From the IMG/VR virus record IMGVR_UViG_3300046692_000385: a stretch of DNA of 64,000 nucleotides. One strand, given 5' to 3'. The DNA comes from a virus (taxonomy: Duplodnaviria > Heunggongvirae > Uroviricota > Caudoviricetes). Position numbers and translations under genes: made by a program. This document shows, piece by piece, positions 8,347 through 16,713 of this stretch. Under the pieces are notes generated by a model. It worked only from the letters and a program-made list of their open reading frames with translations. It was not told the DNA's origin and ran no database searches. How positions within the stretch are numbered: position 1 is the stretch's first letter; each line of letters opens with the position of its first letter.

Positions 8347-9014
8347 GCTGCCTTCGTTTCGTCGTTGGCAGCCGGCGCCACGTCGATCACGTCGCCTTCG
8401 AGGACCGCGCGCTCCTTCGCCAGATCACGGTTTTCGTGCTGTGCGTCGTAGGCGCTGAACTTCTCCGGGAAGCGGGCGCGGAGCTTCGCGATGTTCTTCG
8501 CGCGAATGTCGTCCAGGTCAGCGCCGGCCGCATCGACGCCCACCGCCGTATACCACTGCATGTCGCCCAGTTCTTCGGCAAAGTTCACCGGATCGAACTT
8601 GCCCGTCTCCAGCGCGATCAAGAGCGCTTCGAGCGCCTCGCCCGACTCCGTGAAGAGGCCCACACCGGCGTGCAGCAGACGCGGGTTGAGGTTGCTCAGC
8701 TTCGCACGCAGGATGCCCACCGGCACTTGCGCGTCGCTTGGCAGCGAATCCGCGTCGAGCGGGTTGTCGAGCTGGCCCGCCTGGTTGTGGCTGAAGAGGA
8801 AGTTTGCGGTGCCGGCGATCTGCTGCAGCATGGCTGCGACTTCTTCCTGGTTCAGCGGCGTGCCGTAGTAAATCTTGCGCTTCGCACGGTCGAGCAGCTT
8901 GGACGTGACGACTGCGAGCGACAGGACCGCGTGCAGGCCGACGGTTCCAAAAGCGATGTGTGCCGGACGCGATTCGGTCGAGATGGCTTGGTCGACGTAT
9001 TCTTTCGAGTTCAT
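8343..9014 (-). CDS. mazG: MazG-like nucleotide pyrophosphohydrolase
   Basis: Start MNSKEYVDQ at 9014 with AAGGAGAAA RBS; ESGEALEALLIA...DMQWY...DAAGADLDDIRAKNIAKLRARFPE typical of MazG/NTP-PPase fold. Confidence 0.65.
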   Translation of the reverse strand: MNSKEYVDQAISTESRPAHIAFGTVGLHAVLSLAVVTSKLLDRAKRKIYYGTPLNQEEVAAMLQQIAGTANFLFSHNQAGQLDNPLDADSLPSDAQVPVGILRAKLSNLNPRLLHAGVGLFTESGEALEALLIALETGKFDPVNFAEELGDMQWYTAVGVDAAGADLDDIRAKNIAKLRARFPEKFSAYDAQHENRDLAKERAVLEGDVIDVAPAANDETKAA

Positions 9015-9055
9015 GGGGTGTTTCTCCTTACGGTTGAGGTAAAAGGGTTGAGTAA

Positions 9056-9232
9056 TCAGCCGAACGTCGCCTGGGTGACGACGCCCTTCTTGATGGAAAG
9101 GTTGCAGCGGTTGTGGTTGACGTCGGCGGTCATCATGTATTTCACGCCGTTCTTCTCCACGATCCGCCACGTGTGCAGCTTTTCGGTCAGAAGCTTGGTG
9201 GCTTCCTCCAGCGTCAGTCCGATGAGCTTCAT
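9056..9232 (-). CDS. hypothetical small protein (start MKLIGLTLEE)
   Basis: ATGA overlap with thyX stop. Confidence 0.35.
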   Translation of the reverse strand: MKLIGLTLEEATKLLTEKLHTWRIVEKNGVKYMMTADVNHNRCNLSIKKGVVTQATFG

Positions 9233-10077
9233 GCGGCCGCTCCAAAGACTTCGTGCTCGACGCGCTCGCGCCACTGACGCCAACCGCGGAAGTTCTTGCT
9301 TTGGGCCGTCGCCAGCCGCATCGGATAGCCCTGGTGCTCGGTCGGTGAGGCATGCAGCGGCCGCGAGCCCACGAGGCGCTCGTAGAGCCCCAGATCCTTC
9401 TCGATCACCGGGTTCGCGCCGTCATGCGTCAGATAGGATGTGCGTGCGCAGCGTGCGCCGGACGCCTTAGCCAACAGCTCGGGCTGCTCGCGGTGGAAGT
9501 AGCGCTCCTCCATTGCCACGTAGGGCAGATGCCAGTTCATCGCGTCGGTGCGATCGAGGATGCGCAGCGTCGGTTCGGAATGATCCATCGCCACGCGTAT
9601 CTGCTTTGCCAACTGCTCGATCTCCGGCTGTGCGTCCGGGTGGTCGCGCAGTTCAAAGAAGTTCGCCCACTCGGTGGCGGTGACGACGAGGCTGATGTGA
9701 CCGAACCATTCGGTCGGGCGGTTCGCCCACTGCTTGTGCAGGCCGAGCTCCGACAGTTCGATTGCACCGGCCGCGCACACTTCGGCCATGTTTCGCCAGA
9801 TCGCCTGAGCGCGCGCCAGCTTCTCGCCTTCGAGGTTCTGCTCCGACGCCTGCATGCCCGGCTGATTCAGACCCCACCGCAGCGGCTCGACCATCTCCCG
9901 CAGCGAGGCGCTGACGAGCTTTGCCACCGGCATTGCGCGGCTGCTCGATCCGTTGCGACTCTTGTCCCGATGGGTCATAAAGTCGGCATGCACCATGCGC
10001 GGATACTTCAGTTGCAGCGTCGTGAGGCGTGCGCCTGCTTCGCTGATGGAGTCTTCGATGACTTTCGCTTCGATCAT
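9229..10077 (-). CDS. thyX: flavin-dependent thymidylate synthase ThyX
   Basis: ThyX-like motifs incl. HRDKSRNGSSSRA (RHR-x7-S signature region). Confidence 0.7.
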   Translation of the reverse strand: MIEAKVIEDSISEAGARLTTLQLKYPRMVHADFMTHRDKSRNGSSSRAMPVAKLVSASLREMVEPLRWGLNQPGMQASEQNLEGEKLARAQAIWRNMAEVCAAGAIELSELGLHKQWANRPTEWFGHISLVVTATEWANFFELRDHPDAQPEIEQLAKQIRVAMDHSEPTLRILDRTDAMNWHLPYVAMEERYFHREQPELLAKASGARCARTSYLTHDGANPVIEKDLGLYERLVGSRPLHASPTEHQGYPMRLATAQSKNFRGWRQWRERVEHEVFGAAA

Positions 10078-10079
10078 GC

Positions 10080-10601
10080 TTAGCGACCCCGACCGTAGCT
10101 GCCGTAACCGCGGCTGCTGGTTGCGATGGAGCTCGTCTTGCCGTAGCCGCCGTAGCCGCTCGTCGTGGCTGTGGGCTTCGGTGCCGCTGCGACGCCAAGC
10201 GGGCGCGACTGGAACGCCGGCGCGGGCTTGGCGACGACTGCCGGCGCCGGTGTCGGTTGCACGTAGGTCTTGTTGATCGTCACGTTCTTGGTGACGTTCG
10301 TCGTGGCGGGCGCGGGGCTGTTCACGTAGTGGTGCTCGACGCGCGAACCGCCACCGCCCATGCCGCTCAGCATGTGCCCCGCCAGCAAGCCAGTGAGGAA
10401 GCCGTCATGTGCCGGTGCCTGGTTCACGATCACGGGCGCTGCTGCGACCGGTGCCGGTGCGTAAGCGGGCGCGGCTGCGACGACTTGCTGCTGCGGTGCG
10501 TAGGCGTAATCCGGGGTGCGACGCGAGCACGAGGCGATGATGCACAGCACGGCGATTCCACCGCCGACGGCGAGCGCGATCTTTTTCTGGTTGGGTGTCA
10601 T
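10080..10601 (-). CDS. putative lipoprotein, Ala/Pro-rich with glycine-zipper C-terminus
   Basis: Start MTPNQKKIALAVGGGIAVLCIIASC (lipobox) at 10601 with GAGGAAC RBS; alternative upstream ATG at 10655 would place a GC hairpin inside the CDS. Confidence 0.5.
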   Translation of the reverse strand: MTPNQKKIALAVGGGIAVLCIIASCSRRTPDYAYAPQQQVVAAAPAYAPAPVAAAPVIVNQAPAHDGFLTGLLAGHMLSGMGGGGSRVEHHYVNSPAPATTNVTKNVTINKTYVQPTPAPAVVAKPAPAFQSRPLGVAAAPKPTATTSGYGGYGKTSSIATSSRGYGSYGRGR

Positions 10602-10625
10602 GGGTTCCTCAAGTGGGATCAAAAC

Positions 10626-10646
10626 GCCCCGATCACCGACCGGGGC
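10626..10646 (-). other. GC-rich hairpin + U-tract in 5' leader (attenuator or terminator-like)
   Basis: GCCCCGG-ucggugau-CGGGGC followed by GUUUUGAU on minus strand, 25 nt downstream of motif+TATAAT. Confidence 0.4.
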
Positions 10647-10672
10647 AAACTGCATTTCAGATACTTATATTA

Positions 10673-10688
10673 TAGTCAGTTTTGACTA
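10673..10688. promoter_or_regulatory. motif TAGTCAGTTTTGACTA fused to TATAAT
   Basis: Minus strand reads AGTCAAAACTGACTATAAT. Confidence 0.55.
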
Positions 10689-10913
10689 ATACTGACCGGC
10701 TGTTTTAGACCGGGTATTGCTGATCCAGTCCGACCACGTTGCTCCACCAGTTCGCCTGCACCTTGACGAGCGCGAGTGCGGCCGGCGTGCCAAGACCCAG
10801 AAGCTTCAGGTAGGCGAACTGCAGCTCGGCGCCGGCACGAATCATCTTGAGGGCCTGCCGGTGGTGAACCGTGTCGGTCCGATCGGGGCTGTCGAGTCGA
10901 TTGGCGGTCATCG

Positions 10914-11906
10914 TCACTCCCAGTCGTCGAGCGTGCCGACGGCGTAGTCGCCGACCTTCGCCTCGAAGAAGTTGGACTCCTCGCCTTCTGAGAACTTCTT
11001 GAACCACGGCACCGGGTTCTTCACGCCCGGATAGAGCGGCGCCAATCCAATGTCTGCCGCGTGCTCGTTGGCCGTTGCCTGCAGGAAGCCCGTGATGATC
11101 GGCGCGGTCACGCCAAGCACGCCCTTGCTCACGATGTAGCCGCCCCACTTGCCTTCCAGATCCACCGCGTCGCGCAACAAGAAGTCGGCGTCCTGCCAGA
11201 ACTTGGCGTCGTAAAGCTCGGGCCGCTCCTGCATCATCGTCTTGTGCATCTGCTTGAACAGGCCCAAGTGCGTGCGCTCGTCGCGGTGAATCAATTTCAC
11301 GCTGTCAGCGCTGCCAGTCATCTTTCCGTTGCGTGCGAGCGCATAGAAGACAAGGAACGCGCTGTAGAAGTAGATCCCTTCGAGCGCAATGTTTGCCACG
11401 ATGGAGCGAGCAAACTGGGCCGGAGTCTTGTCGCCCGCCAGGATTCGGCTCTGCGCGAGGATGTGCTCGTTCTTGGCCGCCAGCATGCCGTCTTTTTCGA
11501 AGCGCATGTAGACCGACATCGGGTCGGCCGAAACCGTCTCGACCATTTCGCTGTAGGCATCGACGTGCAGCGCCTCTTCATACATCTGGCGTTTGATGCA
11601 CATCTCCACTTCCGGCGACGTGATGCACGCCTCGATGTTCGAGAGGCTGTGAAGCTGGATGCCGTCGAGGTTCGAGGCGAACGAGAGCGCGCTGTCGTAG
11701 GCGAAGCGTTCGCCCTCGGTGAGCCGCGTGCGGTAGCAGGGACCGTCCTCGGTCAGATCGGTTTCGTGGAGATCCCAGTTGTTGCTTTTCATCTGCTTCC
11801 AGATGTCGCGCGCCCACTTGTGCTTTGCAGGCGAGATCGCCATCAGGTCCGACTTCGGGCCGAACGCCAGGCGCCGGTCGTTGATGATTTGGGCGTAGTT
11901 GCTCAT
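10914..11906 (-). CDS. nrdB: ribonucleotide reductase class I beta subunit
   Basis: Start MSNYAQIIND at 11906; ferritin-like EExxH segments (EMVETV...HRDERTH), adjacent to nrdA. Confidence 0.75.
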   Translation of the reverse strand: MSNYAQIINDRRLAFGPKSDLMAISPAKHKWARDIWKQMKSNNWDLHETDLTEDGPCYRTRLTEGERFAYDSALSFASNLDGIQLHSLSNIEACITSPEVEMCIKRQMYEEALHVDAYSEMVETVSADPMSVYMRFEKDGMLAAKNEHILAQSRILAGDKTPAQFARSIVANIALEGIYFYSAFLVFYALARNGKMTGSADSVKLIHRDERTHLGLFKQMHKTMMQERPELYDAKFWQDADFLLRDAVDLEGKWGGYIVSKGVLGVTAPIITGFLQATANEHAADIGLAPLYPGVKNPVPWFKKFSEGEESNFFEAKVGDYAVGTLDDWE

Positions 11907-12178
11907 GCCACGTCTCCGGCGGTCGGCTGCATACGGAACACGCTCATTGCGTTCTGCGCCTTGATGCCGTGATCGAACCCGGCGCGGCCGTAGAAAATCA
12001 GTGCATCGCACATTTCATCGAGCCAGGAGGCGGGCATCGTCACCATCTGGTCGGGGTCGCGCACGACCGGGGCCGGCGCCTTCGGAACAGGCATGATCGG
12101 CATCGCCGGAATCGGCACGGGTGCGGCGGGTGCGCTCGCAGCTTGGCGCGGGCGGAATTGCAGAACTTCAGCGGACAT
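11903..12178 (-). CDS. hypothetical Pro/Ala-rich small protein between nrdA and nrdB
   Basis: 91 aa, AGGAGAAA RBS, ATGA overlap with nrdB. Confidence 0.4.
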   Translation of the reverse strand: MSAEVLQFRPRQAASAPAAPVPIPAMPIMPVPKAPAPVVRDPDQMVTMPASWLDEMCDALIFYGRAGFDHGIKAQNAMSVFRMQPTAGDVA

Positions 12179-12189
12179 GGTTTCTCCTG

Positions 12190-12216
12190 GGAAAACTCCC
12201 CGCACGTGGCGGGGAG
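12190..12216 (-). terminator. rho-independent terminator / 5' leader hairpin after nrdA
   Basis: Perfect 8-bp stem CUCCCCGC-CACGU-GCGGGGAG followed by UUUU on minus strand. Confidence 0.55.
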
Positions 12217-12217
12217 A

Positions 12218-12233
12218 TAGTCAGTTTTGACTG
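12218..12233. promoter_or_regulatory. motif TAGTCAGTTTTGACTG between nrdA stop and hairpin
   Basis: Immediately 5' of 8-bp GC hairpin. Confidence 0.5.
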
Positions 12234-12238
12234 TTTTG

Positions 12239-14509
12239 TTACTGGCAGCTTTCGCAGTTCGGGTTGTCGATGGAGCACAACGACACGCCGATGTCCTGCT
12301 CCATCACATCGACAGCAGCCGGCGCGGCCTGAGCGACCGGTGCTTCTTCCTTCGCCTTCACCGACTCGGTGCGCAGGTAGTAGGTCGTTTTCAGACCGAG
12401 CTTCCACGCCGTCAGATAGATTTCGGAGAGCACCTTGCCCTTCGTGCCAGCCTTGATCCAGATGTTGGTCGACTGCGCCTGGTCGATCCACTTCTGGCGA
12501 CGGGCGGCCGCCTTCACGATCCACATCGGGTCGATTTCGAAGGCGGTCTTGACCTTCTGACCCGGCGTGGCGTAGCGCAGGCTCGGCGCGATCACGAGGA
12601 ACTTGCCGCCCATGTTCTTCTTGCTGTGGAACAGTTCGAAGTTCGGCTCGATGCAGGGCGACACGCCGATGATGTTGCTGATCGTGGCCGTCGGCGCGAT
12701 CGCCATCGTGTTGCTGTTGCGCATGCCGTAGGTCATCACGTGGTGCGTCAACTCGTCCCAGTCATAGAGGCCCGTGCGCGACTGGTCGCGAGCGGTATCG
12801 ATCGGCAAAATCCCCTGACTCCACTTCGAGCCCGCGAACGTGCTGTAGGCACCGCGCTCGATTGCAAGCTCCACCGACGCGCTGATCGCCTCGAACGACA
12901 GGGCTTCGAGCACCAGATCGTTCATCACGAGGCACTCTTCCGACTCCCAGTCGATGTTGGACTGCGCGAGCAGGTCCGACAGGCCCATCAAGCCGAGACC
13001 CACCGGGCGGTGACGCAGGTTGGCCGTCCTGGCGCGATCGGACGGGTAGAAGTTGATGTCGATCACGTTGTCCAGCATGCGCATCGCCGTCTTCACCACG
13101 CGGCTAAAGCGCGCCGGATCGGCGATCGGGTTGACCTTCGCCACGTTCACGCTGCCCAGATTGCACACGAACGTCTCGTCCGGGCCATTGTTCAGGGCGA
13201 TTTCCGTGCAGAGGTTCGAGTTGTGGATGATGCCGACGTGCGACTGCGGGTTGCGCCGGTTCATCTCGTCCTTGAACGTGATCCAGGGGTTGCCCGTCTC
13301 GAACAAGGCGGTCAGCATCTTGCGCCAGAGCTCCACCGCCGGAATCTCACCGACGTAGGCGCCAGCCGCTTCGAGCTCCTCGTAGCGCGCTTTGAAGGCG
13401 TCGCCGTAGAGTTCGTGCAGGTCCGGGTGGCTGTGCGGATCGAAGAAGTGCCACACGCCCTTCTCTTCCACGCGCTGCATGAAGAGGTCGGGAATCCAGT
13501 TGGCCGGGAAAATGTCGTGCGTGCGCTCGTGGTCATCGCCCGTGTTCTTCTTCAGGTCCAGGAACGCCGGCAGGTCCGGGTGCCAGGTCTCCAGATACGG
13601 CGCGAAGCTGCCTTTGCGCTTGCCGCCCTGGTTCACGGCGACGGCCGTGTCGTTGTAGACCTTCAGATACGGCACGACACCGCTCGACTTGCCGTTGGTG
13701 CCCTTGATGTGGCTGTTCTTGCCGCGCACCTTCGTCCAGTCCGTGCCGATGCCGCCGGCGTATTTCGAGAGCAGCGCGCACTCGGTGATGGAGCCGTAGA
13801 TCGAGTCGTAGGGGTGGTCGCCCGGCTCCGCCACGATCTGGTCGCCCACCTGGTTGCCGTAGCAGGACGACATTTGCTGGTGCAGCGTGCCGGAGTTGAA
13901 GAGGGTCGGCGTCGAGGACATGAATTCGAAGCTCGACAGGACGTTGTAGAACTCGATGGCGCGCGCCGTCGGGTTGGCTTCGCGTAGTGCGAGACCCATC
14001 GCCACGCGCATGAAGAAGTGCTGCGGCATCTCCATGATCCGGCCGTCCGGCGTCTCGCGGATGAAGTAGCGATCGGCGAGCGTTTGCAGGCCCAGGTAGT
14101 CGAACTGGTAGTCGCGATCCGGGACGATGGCGGCATCGAGCGCGTCCAGGTCGAAGCGGCCGTCAGCCATGACTGCCGTGAGCTTGAGCGCCCCGATTGC
14201 CTCGCCGATGTAATCGCCCAGACGCGGATAGTCGATCGAGCCGACCGATTCCTTGAAAATCTGCTGCTTCAGGAGGCGCGCGGCGACGAACGTGTAGTCC
14301 GGCGCTTCGAGGCTGATCAGCCCGCCCGCGGCGAGAATGGTCGCGCGGTGGATCTGCTCGGTGCTCATGCCGTCAAACAGCATGTCGCCCACGCTCGTTT
14401 CAAGCTCGGACTGGGACACGTCAAGCCCTTCGCAGGCCCAGGCGACGCACTTCTGGATTTTCTCGATGTTCAGGGCTTCGCGCGATCCGTCGCGCTTGAT
14501 GACTTCCAT
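12239..14509 (-). CDS. nrdA: ribonucleotide reductase class I alpha subunit
   Basis: 756 aa; N-terminal ATP-cone (VIKRDGSREALNIEKI), RNR catalytic core, C-terminal CESCQ cysteine pair. Confidence 0.85.
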   Translation of the reverse strand: MEVIKRDGSREALNIEKIQKCVAWACEGLDVSQSELETSVGDMLFDGMSTEQIHRATILAAGGLISLEAPDYTFVAARLLKQQIFKESVGSIDYPRLGDYIGEAIGALKLTAVMADGRFDLDALDAAIVPDRDYQFDYLGLQTLADRYFIRETPDGRIMEMPQHFFMRVAMGLALREANPTARAIEFYNVLSSFEFMSSTPTLFNSGTLHQQMSSCYGNQVGDQIVAEPGDHPYDSIYGSITECALLSKYAGGIGTDWTKVRGKNSHIKGTNGKSSGVVPYLKVYNDTAVAVNQGGKRKGSFAPYLETWHPDLPAFLDLKKNTGDDHERTHDIFPANWIPDLFMQRVEEKGVWHFFDPHSHPDLHELYGDAFKARYEELEAAGAYVGEIPAVELWRKMLTALFETGNPWITFKDEMNRRNPQSHVGIIHNSNLCTEIALNNGPDETFVCNLGSVNVAKVNPIADPARFSRVVKTAMRMLDNVIDINFYPSDRARTANLRHRPVGLGLMGLSDLLAQSNIDWESEECLVMNDLVLEALSFEAISASVELAIERGAYSTFAGSKWSQGILPIDTARDQSRTGLYDWDELTHHVMTYGMRNSNTMAIAPTATISNIIGVSPCIEPNFELFHSKKNMGGKFLVIAPSLRYATPGQKVKTAFEIDPMWIVKAAARRQKWIDQAQSTNIWIKAGTKGKVLSEIYLTAWKLGLKTTYYLRTESVKAKEEAPVAQAAPAAVDVMEQDIGVSLCSIDNPNCESCQ

Positions 14510-14548
14510 ATTGACCTTCTCGTTTCGGTTGGCGGGTTGAGGATGATA

Positions 14549-14563
14549 AATCAGTTCTGACTG
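14549..14563. promoter_or_regulatory. motif AATCAGTTCTGACTG upstream of nrdA
   Basis: ~40 nt upstream of ATG 14509; TATCAT 3 nt after motif on coding strand. Confidence 0.5.
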
Positions 14564-14584
14564 TCGTTCTATATGAGCCGGCGA

Positions 14585-15079
14585 TTACCAGGCGTCGTCG
14601 GTGGTGAGCGGCTTGTCGCGGGAGGTGCCAAGACGCACTGGCTCGCGGAGCAGAGGGCTCCGTTTCCTTTCGGCCGGCATGTAGCGCGCGGCGTCAATTT
14701 CGTGGTCGTGGGTGCCGGGGTGAATCATGTATTCCTTTTCGAATTCCTTCGCTATCACGCCATACCCCTCATCCAGCTTGATCCTGTCCCATTTGACCTT
14801 GCCGGTGCGCTGCTCCCACGCTTCGGCGTCCAGATCCTTCTTGCAGCGGTTGCCGCGATGGTGTGCGTCTTTGCAGCGCAGGCCGCAGTGAACCGTCATT
14901 GATTTTGGCTCTACCTGGTCGTGCATCTCGATGTTCCCGCACCCGCTGCACTTATCAGCCGCCATCAGCATCAAGCGGGCAAAGCCTTCAACCTTGCGCA
15001 CGTTGGGGTCGCGCCAATCGTTGGCGATCTTGATCTGAAGGGGTGCTTCTGCGAGGGTTTTCTTGGCGACGGCGCCCAT
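14585..15079 (-). CDS. zinc-ribbon protein, possibly HNH-like
   Basis: CSGCGN ... HCGLRCKDAHHRGNRCKK Cys/His cluster; ATG at 15079 with GGAGAG RBS. Confidence 0.4.
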   Translation of the reverse strand: MGAVAKKTLAEAPLQIKIANDWRDPNVRKVEGFARLMLMAADKCSGCGNIEMHDQVEPKSMTVHCGLRCKDAHHRGNRCKKDLDAEAWEQRTGKVKWDRIKLDEGYGVIAKEFEKEYMIHPGTHDHEIDAARYMPAERKRSPLLREPVRLGTSRDKPLTTDDAW

Positions 15080-15091
15080 GTTGCTCTCCGG

Positions 15092-15106
15092 GGTCAAAAC
15101 TGACTA
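15092..15106. promoter_or_regulatory. motif copy A (GGTCAAAACTGACTA) of inverted pair
   Basis: Overlaps RBS region of 14585..15079. Confidence 0.5.
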
Positions 15107-15117
15107 TGTGCATATTA

Positions 15118-15133
15118 TAGTCAGTTTTGACTG
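15118..15133. promoter_or_regulatory. motif copy B TAGTCAGTTTTGACTG fused to TATAAT
   Basis: Minus strand CAGTCAAAACTGACTATAATATGCAC then second inverted copy. Confidence 0.55.
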
Positions 15134-15150
15134 TTACACATCAGGCACTT

Positions 15151-15735
15151 TTAGGCAGCGACCCGCAGCCCGCGCATCAGCGACAAAATGCCCTTCAGTT
15201 GGTCGGTCTTGATGCCTGCCTCGATCGCCCCCACCGCGTCCGCCAGGTGTTCGTTGGCGGCGACCGGCACCATCTGACCGGCGCGCTTGGTGAGCAGCCA
15301 GTTGGCAGCGGGAAACTTGCTCATCGCCCACTCGATCATTTCGTCCTTCGTGCCCGACTTGTAGCCTGTGCCGGCGAGCTTCACTTCTGAAGGCGTCACC
15401 TGAATGAGCGGGATCGGACATGCCGCCAGGACGCCCACACAGACCCCATACGACGCCATCGCGCGCGCGGACTGCGATCCCACGGGAACTTCAGCGATCG
15501 CCAGGGAGGCGCCCTGGCAGGCCTCCACCATGCCTTCGTAGAGCTTCCTTGCGCGCTCCAGATCCTCCGAGTTCTTGCGCACGGTCTTTTTGAGCTTCTT
15601 GTCCTTCTCGTTCTCGGTTTTGACCAGCACGAGGTCGTCCACCGTGTAGTGCAGGGTGTTGATGTCGAGCGTCGCCTTGACGATGCCGAAGTTGCTCAAA
15701 CTTGGGTCGAGCCCCACGATCTTGATGCCGTTCAT
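15151..15735 (-). CDS. RuvC-like Holliday-junction resolvase
   Basis: Start MNGIKIVGLDPSLSNFG at 15735 (GAGGA RBS), RuvC fold motif. Confidence 0.6.
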   Translation of the reverse strand: MNGIKIVGLDPSLSNFGIVKATLDINTLHYTVDDLVLVKTENEKDKKLKKTVRKNSEDLERARKLYEGMVEACQGASLAIAEVPVGSQSARAMASYGVCVGVLAACPIPLIQVTPSEVKLAGTGYKSGTKDEMIEWAMSKFPAANWLLTKRAGQMVPVAANEHLADAVGAIEAGIKTDQLKGILSLMRGLRVAA

Positions 15736-15974
15736 ACGATCCTCTGGTTGTGAATGGTTGCTGGCGGCCGCTGATACGGCTTGCCGGTTTTCATGGCGGT
15801 GCTCACCGCGTTCCACCAATCGCGCTTCGTTGGCAAGTCATCGACGGTATGGGTTCGAGCGCACGTGTCACACACGGCGACGTCGCGCACCGGCTCCCAC
15901 ATCGGCGTGGTCGCGCCGCAGATTGCGCAGTTTTCGTGAGGCGGCCCCCACGGATTGGGATTCGTTTCAATCAC
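15732..15974 (-). CDS. zinc-ribbon protein
   Basis: CAICG...CDTC pairs; ATGA-coupled to resolvase. Confidence 0.4.
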   Translation of the reverse strand: MIETNPNPWGPPHENCAICGATTPMWEPVRDVAVCDTCARTHTVDDLPTKRDWWNAVSTAMKTGKPYQRPPATIHNQRIV

Positions 15975-15996
15975 CGCCGCTTCCTTTCTTTTGCGT

Positions 15997-16713
15997 TCAC
16001 CATGATCCGAACTCCTGGTAGCTCTCGGCGGCCGCTGCGTTGCGCTCGATCTCCTCTGCCTTGCGGGCCTGCGCTGCGATCTCCTCTTTCGCCGCCATCA
16101 CGTCCTTGAGCACTTCGTGCATATAGATTGGGAAGGCCGCGCCGAATGCGCTCTTGCACTGCTTCTCGGGAATTTCGAGGAATTCGAAGTCGCACGGGTA
16201 TGTCGGCTTGAAGACGATGATCGTGCCTTTCTTCTTGCCGACATACGCGCGCACCGGGGTGAACTCCTCCCCGCCGATGAACGGCCTGATCTTGAATTCC
16301 TTGCCGTTCTTGGTCGTGTGCTTGCCGGGCGCGGTGAGCATGAAGCTGCCTGGGGTCTCGGAGAAGGCGCTCTCGTATTGACCGACGAGCTTGGCGAGCT
16401 CCTCTTCTTCCGGTGTGACGGGTGTTGCTTCCATGTTGTCGACCTCCTCGTCGATCGGTTTCTGGTTCAGTTTGTATTGCGGGCGTGGTTTGGTTCCGTT
16501 GCGGCGATGCAGCTCCTCCCGATAGGCGTCCGGGCCGCCCGGGAAGCTGGCGGCGTCGTCGCTGTTAAAGCCTGGGATCGTCAGGTCAGACACGAGCGTC
16601 GTGCCGACCGATCGACCCTTGAGAATGGCGAACCGCGGCTCGTCTTTCGTGCGCGGCTCGGGTTTTATCCCGAGCGCCTTGTCGAAGAATTTGTCGGTAT
16701 TAAACGGAGCCAC
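15997..16713 (-). CDS. hypothetical protein, C-terminus ..QEFGSW
   Basis: GTG at 16713 with CAGGAGC RBS; longer ORF-track N-terminus is an Arg-rich overlap with sbcC. Confidence 0.45.
   Translation of the reverse strand: MAPFNTDKFFDKALGIKPEPRTKDEPRFAILKGRSVGTTLVSDLTIPGFNSDDAASFPGGPDAYREELHRRNGTKPRPQYKLNQKPIDEEVDNMEATPVTPEEEELAKLVGQYESAFSETPGSFMLTAPGKHTTKNGKEFKIRPFIGGEEFTPVRAYVGKKKGTIIVFKPTYPCDFEFLEIPEKQCKSAFGAAFPIYMHEVLKDVMAAKEEIAAQARKAEEIERNAAAAESYQEFGSW

Noticed and set aside
10626-10646. Hairpin + GUUUUGAU considered as the terminator of the upstream nrdB operon
   Set aside because: It lies downstream of the motif+TATAAT and only about 25 nt before the next start codon. A leader or attenuator role fits better than an operon terminator, but that cannot be excluded without transcript data.
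12227-13987. 586-aa plus-strand ORF antisense to nrdA, together with the similar long antisense ORFs 17099..18538, 33401..35458 and 61276..63765
   Set aside because: These are Arg/Ala/Gly-rich translations typical of the stop-codon-poor antisense frame in 65% GC DNA. Each is fully contained within a well-supported minus-strand gene with recognisable domains.
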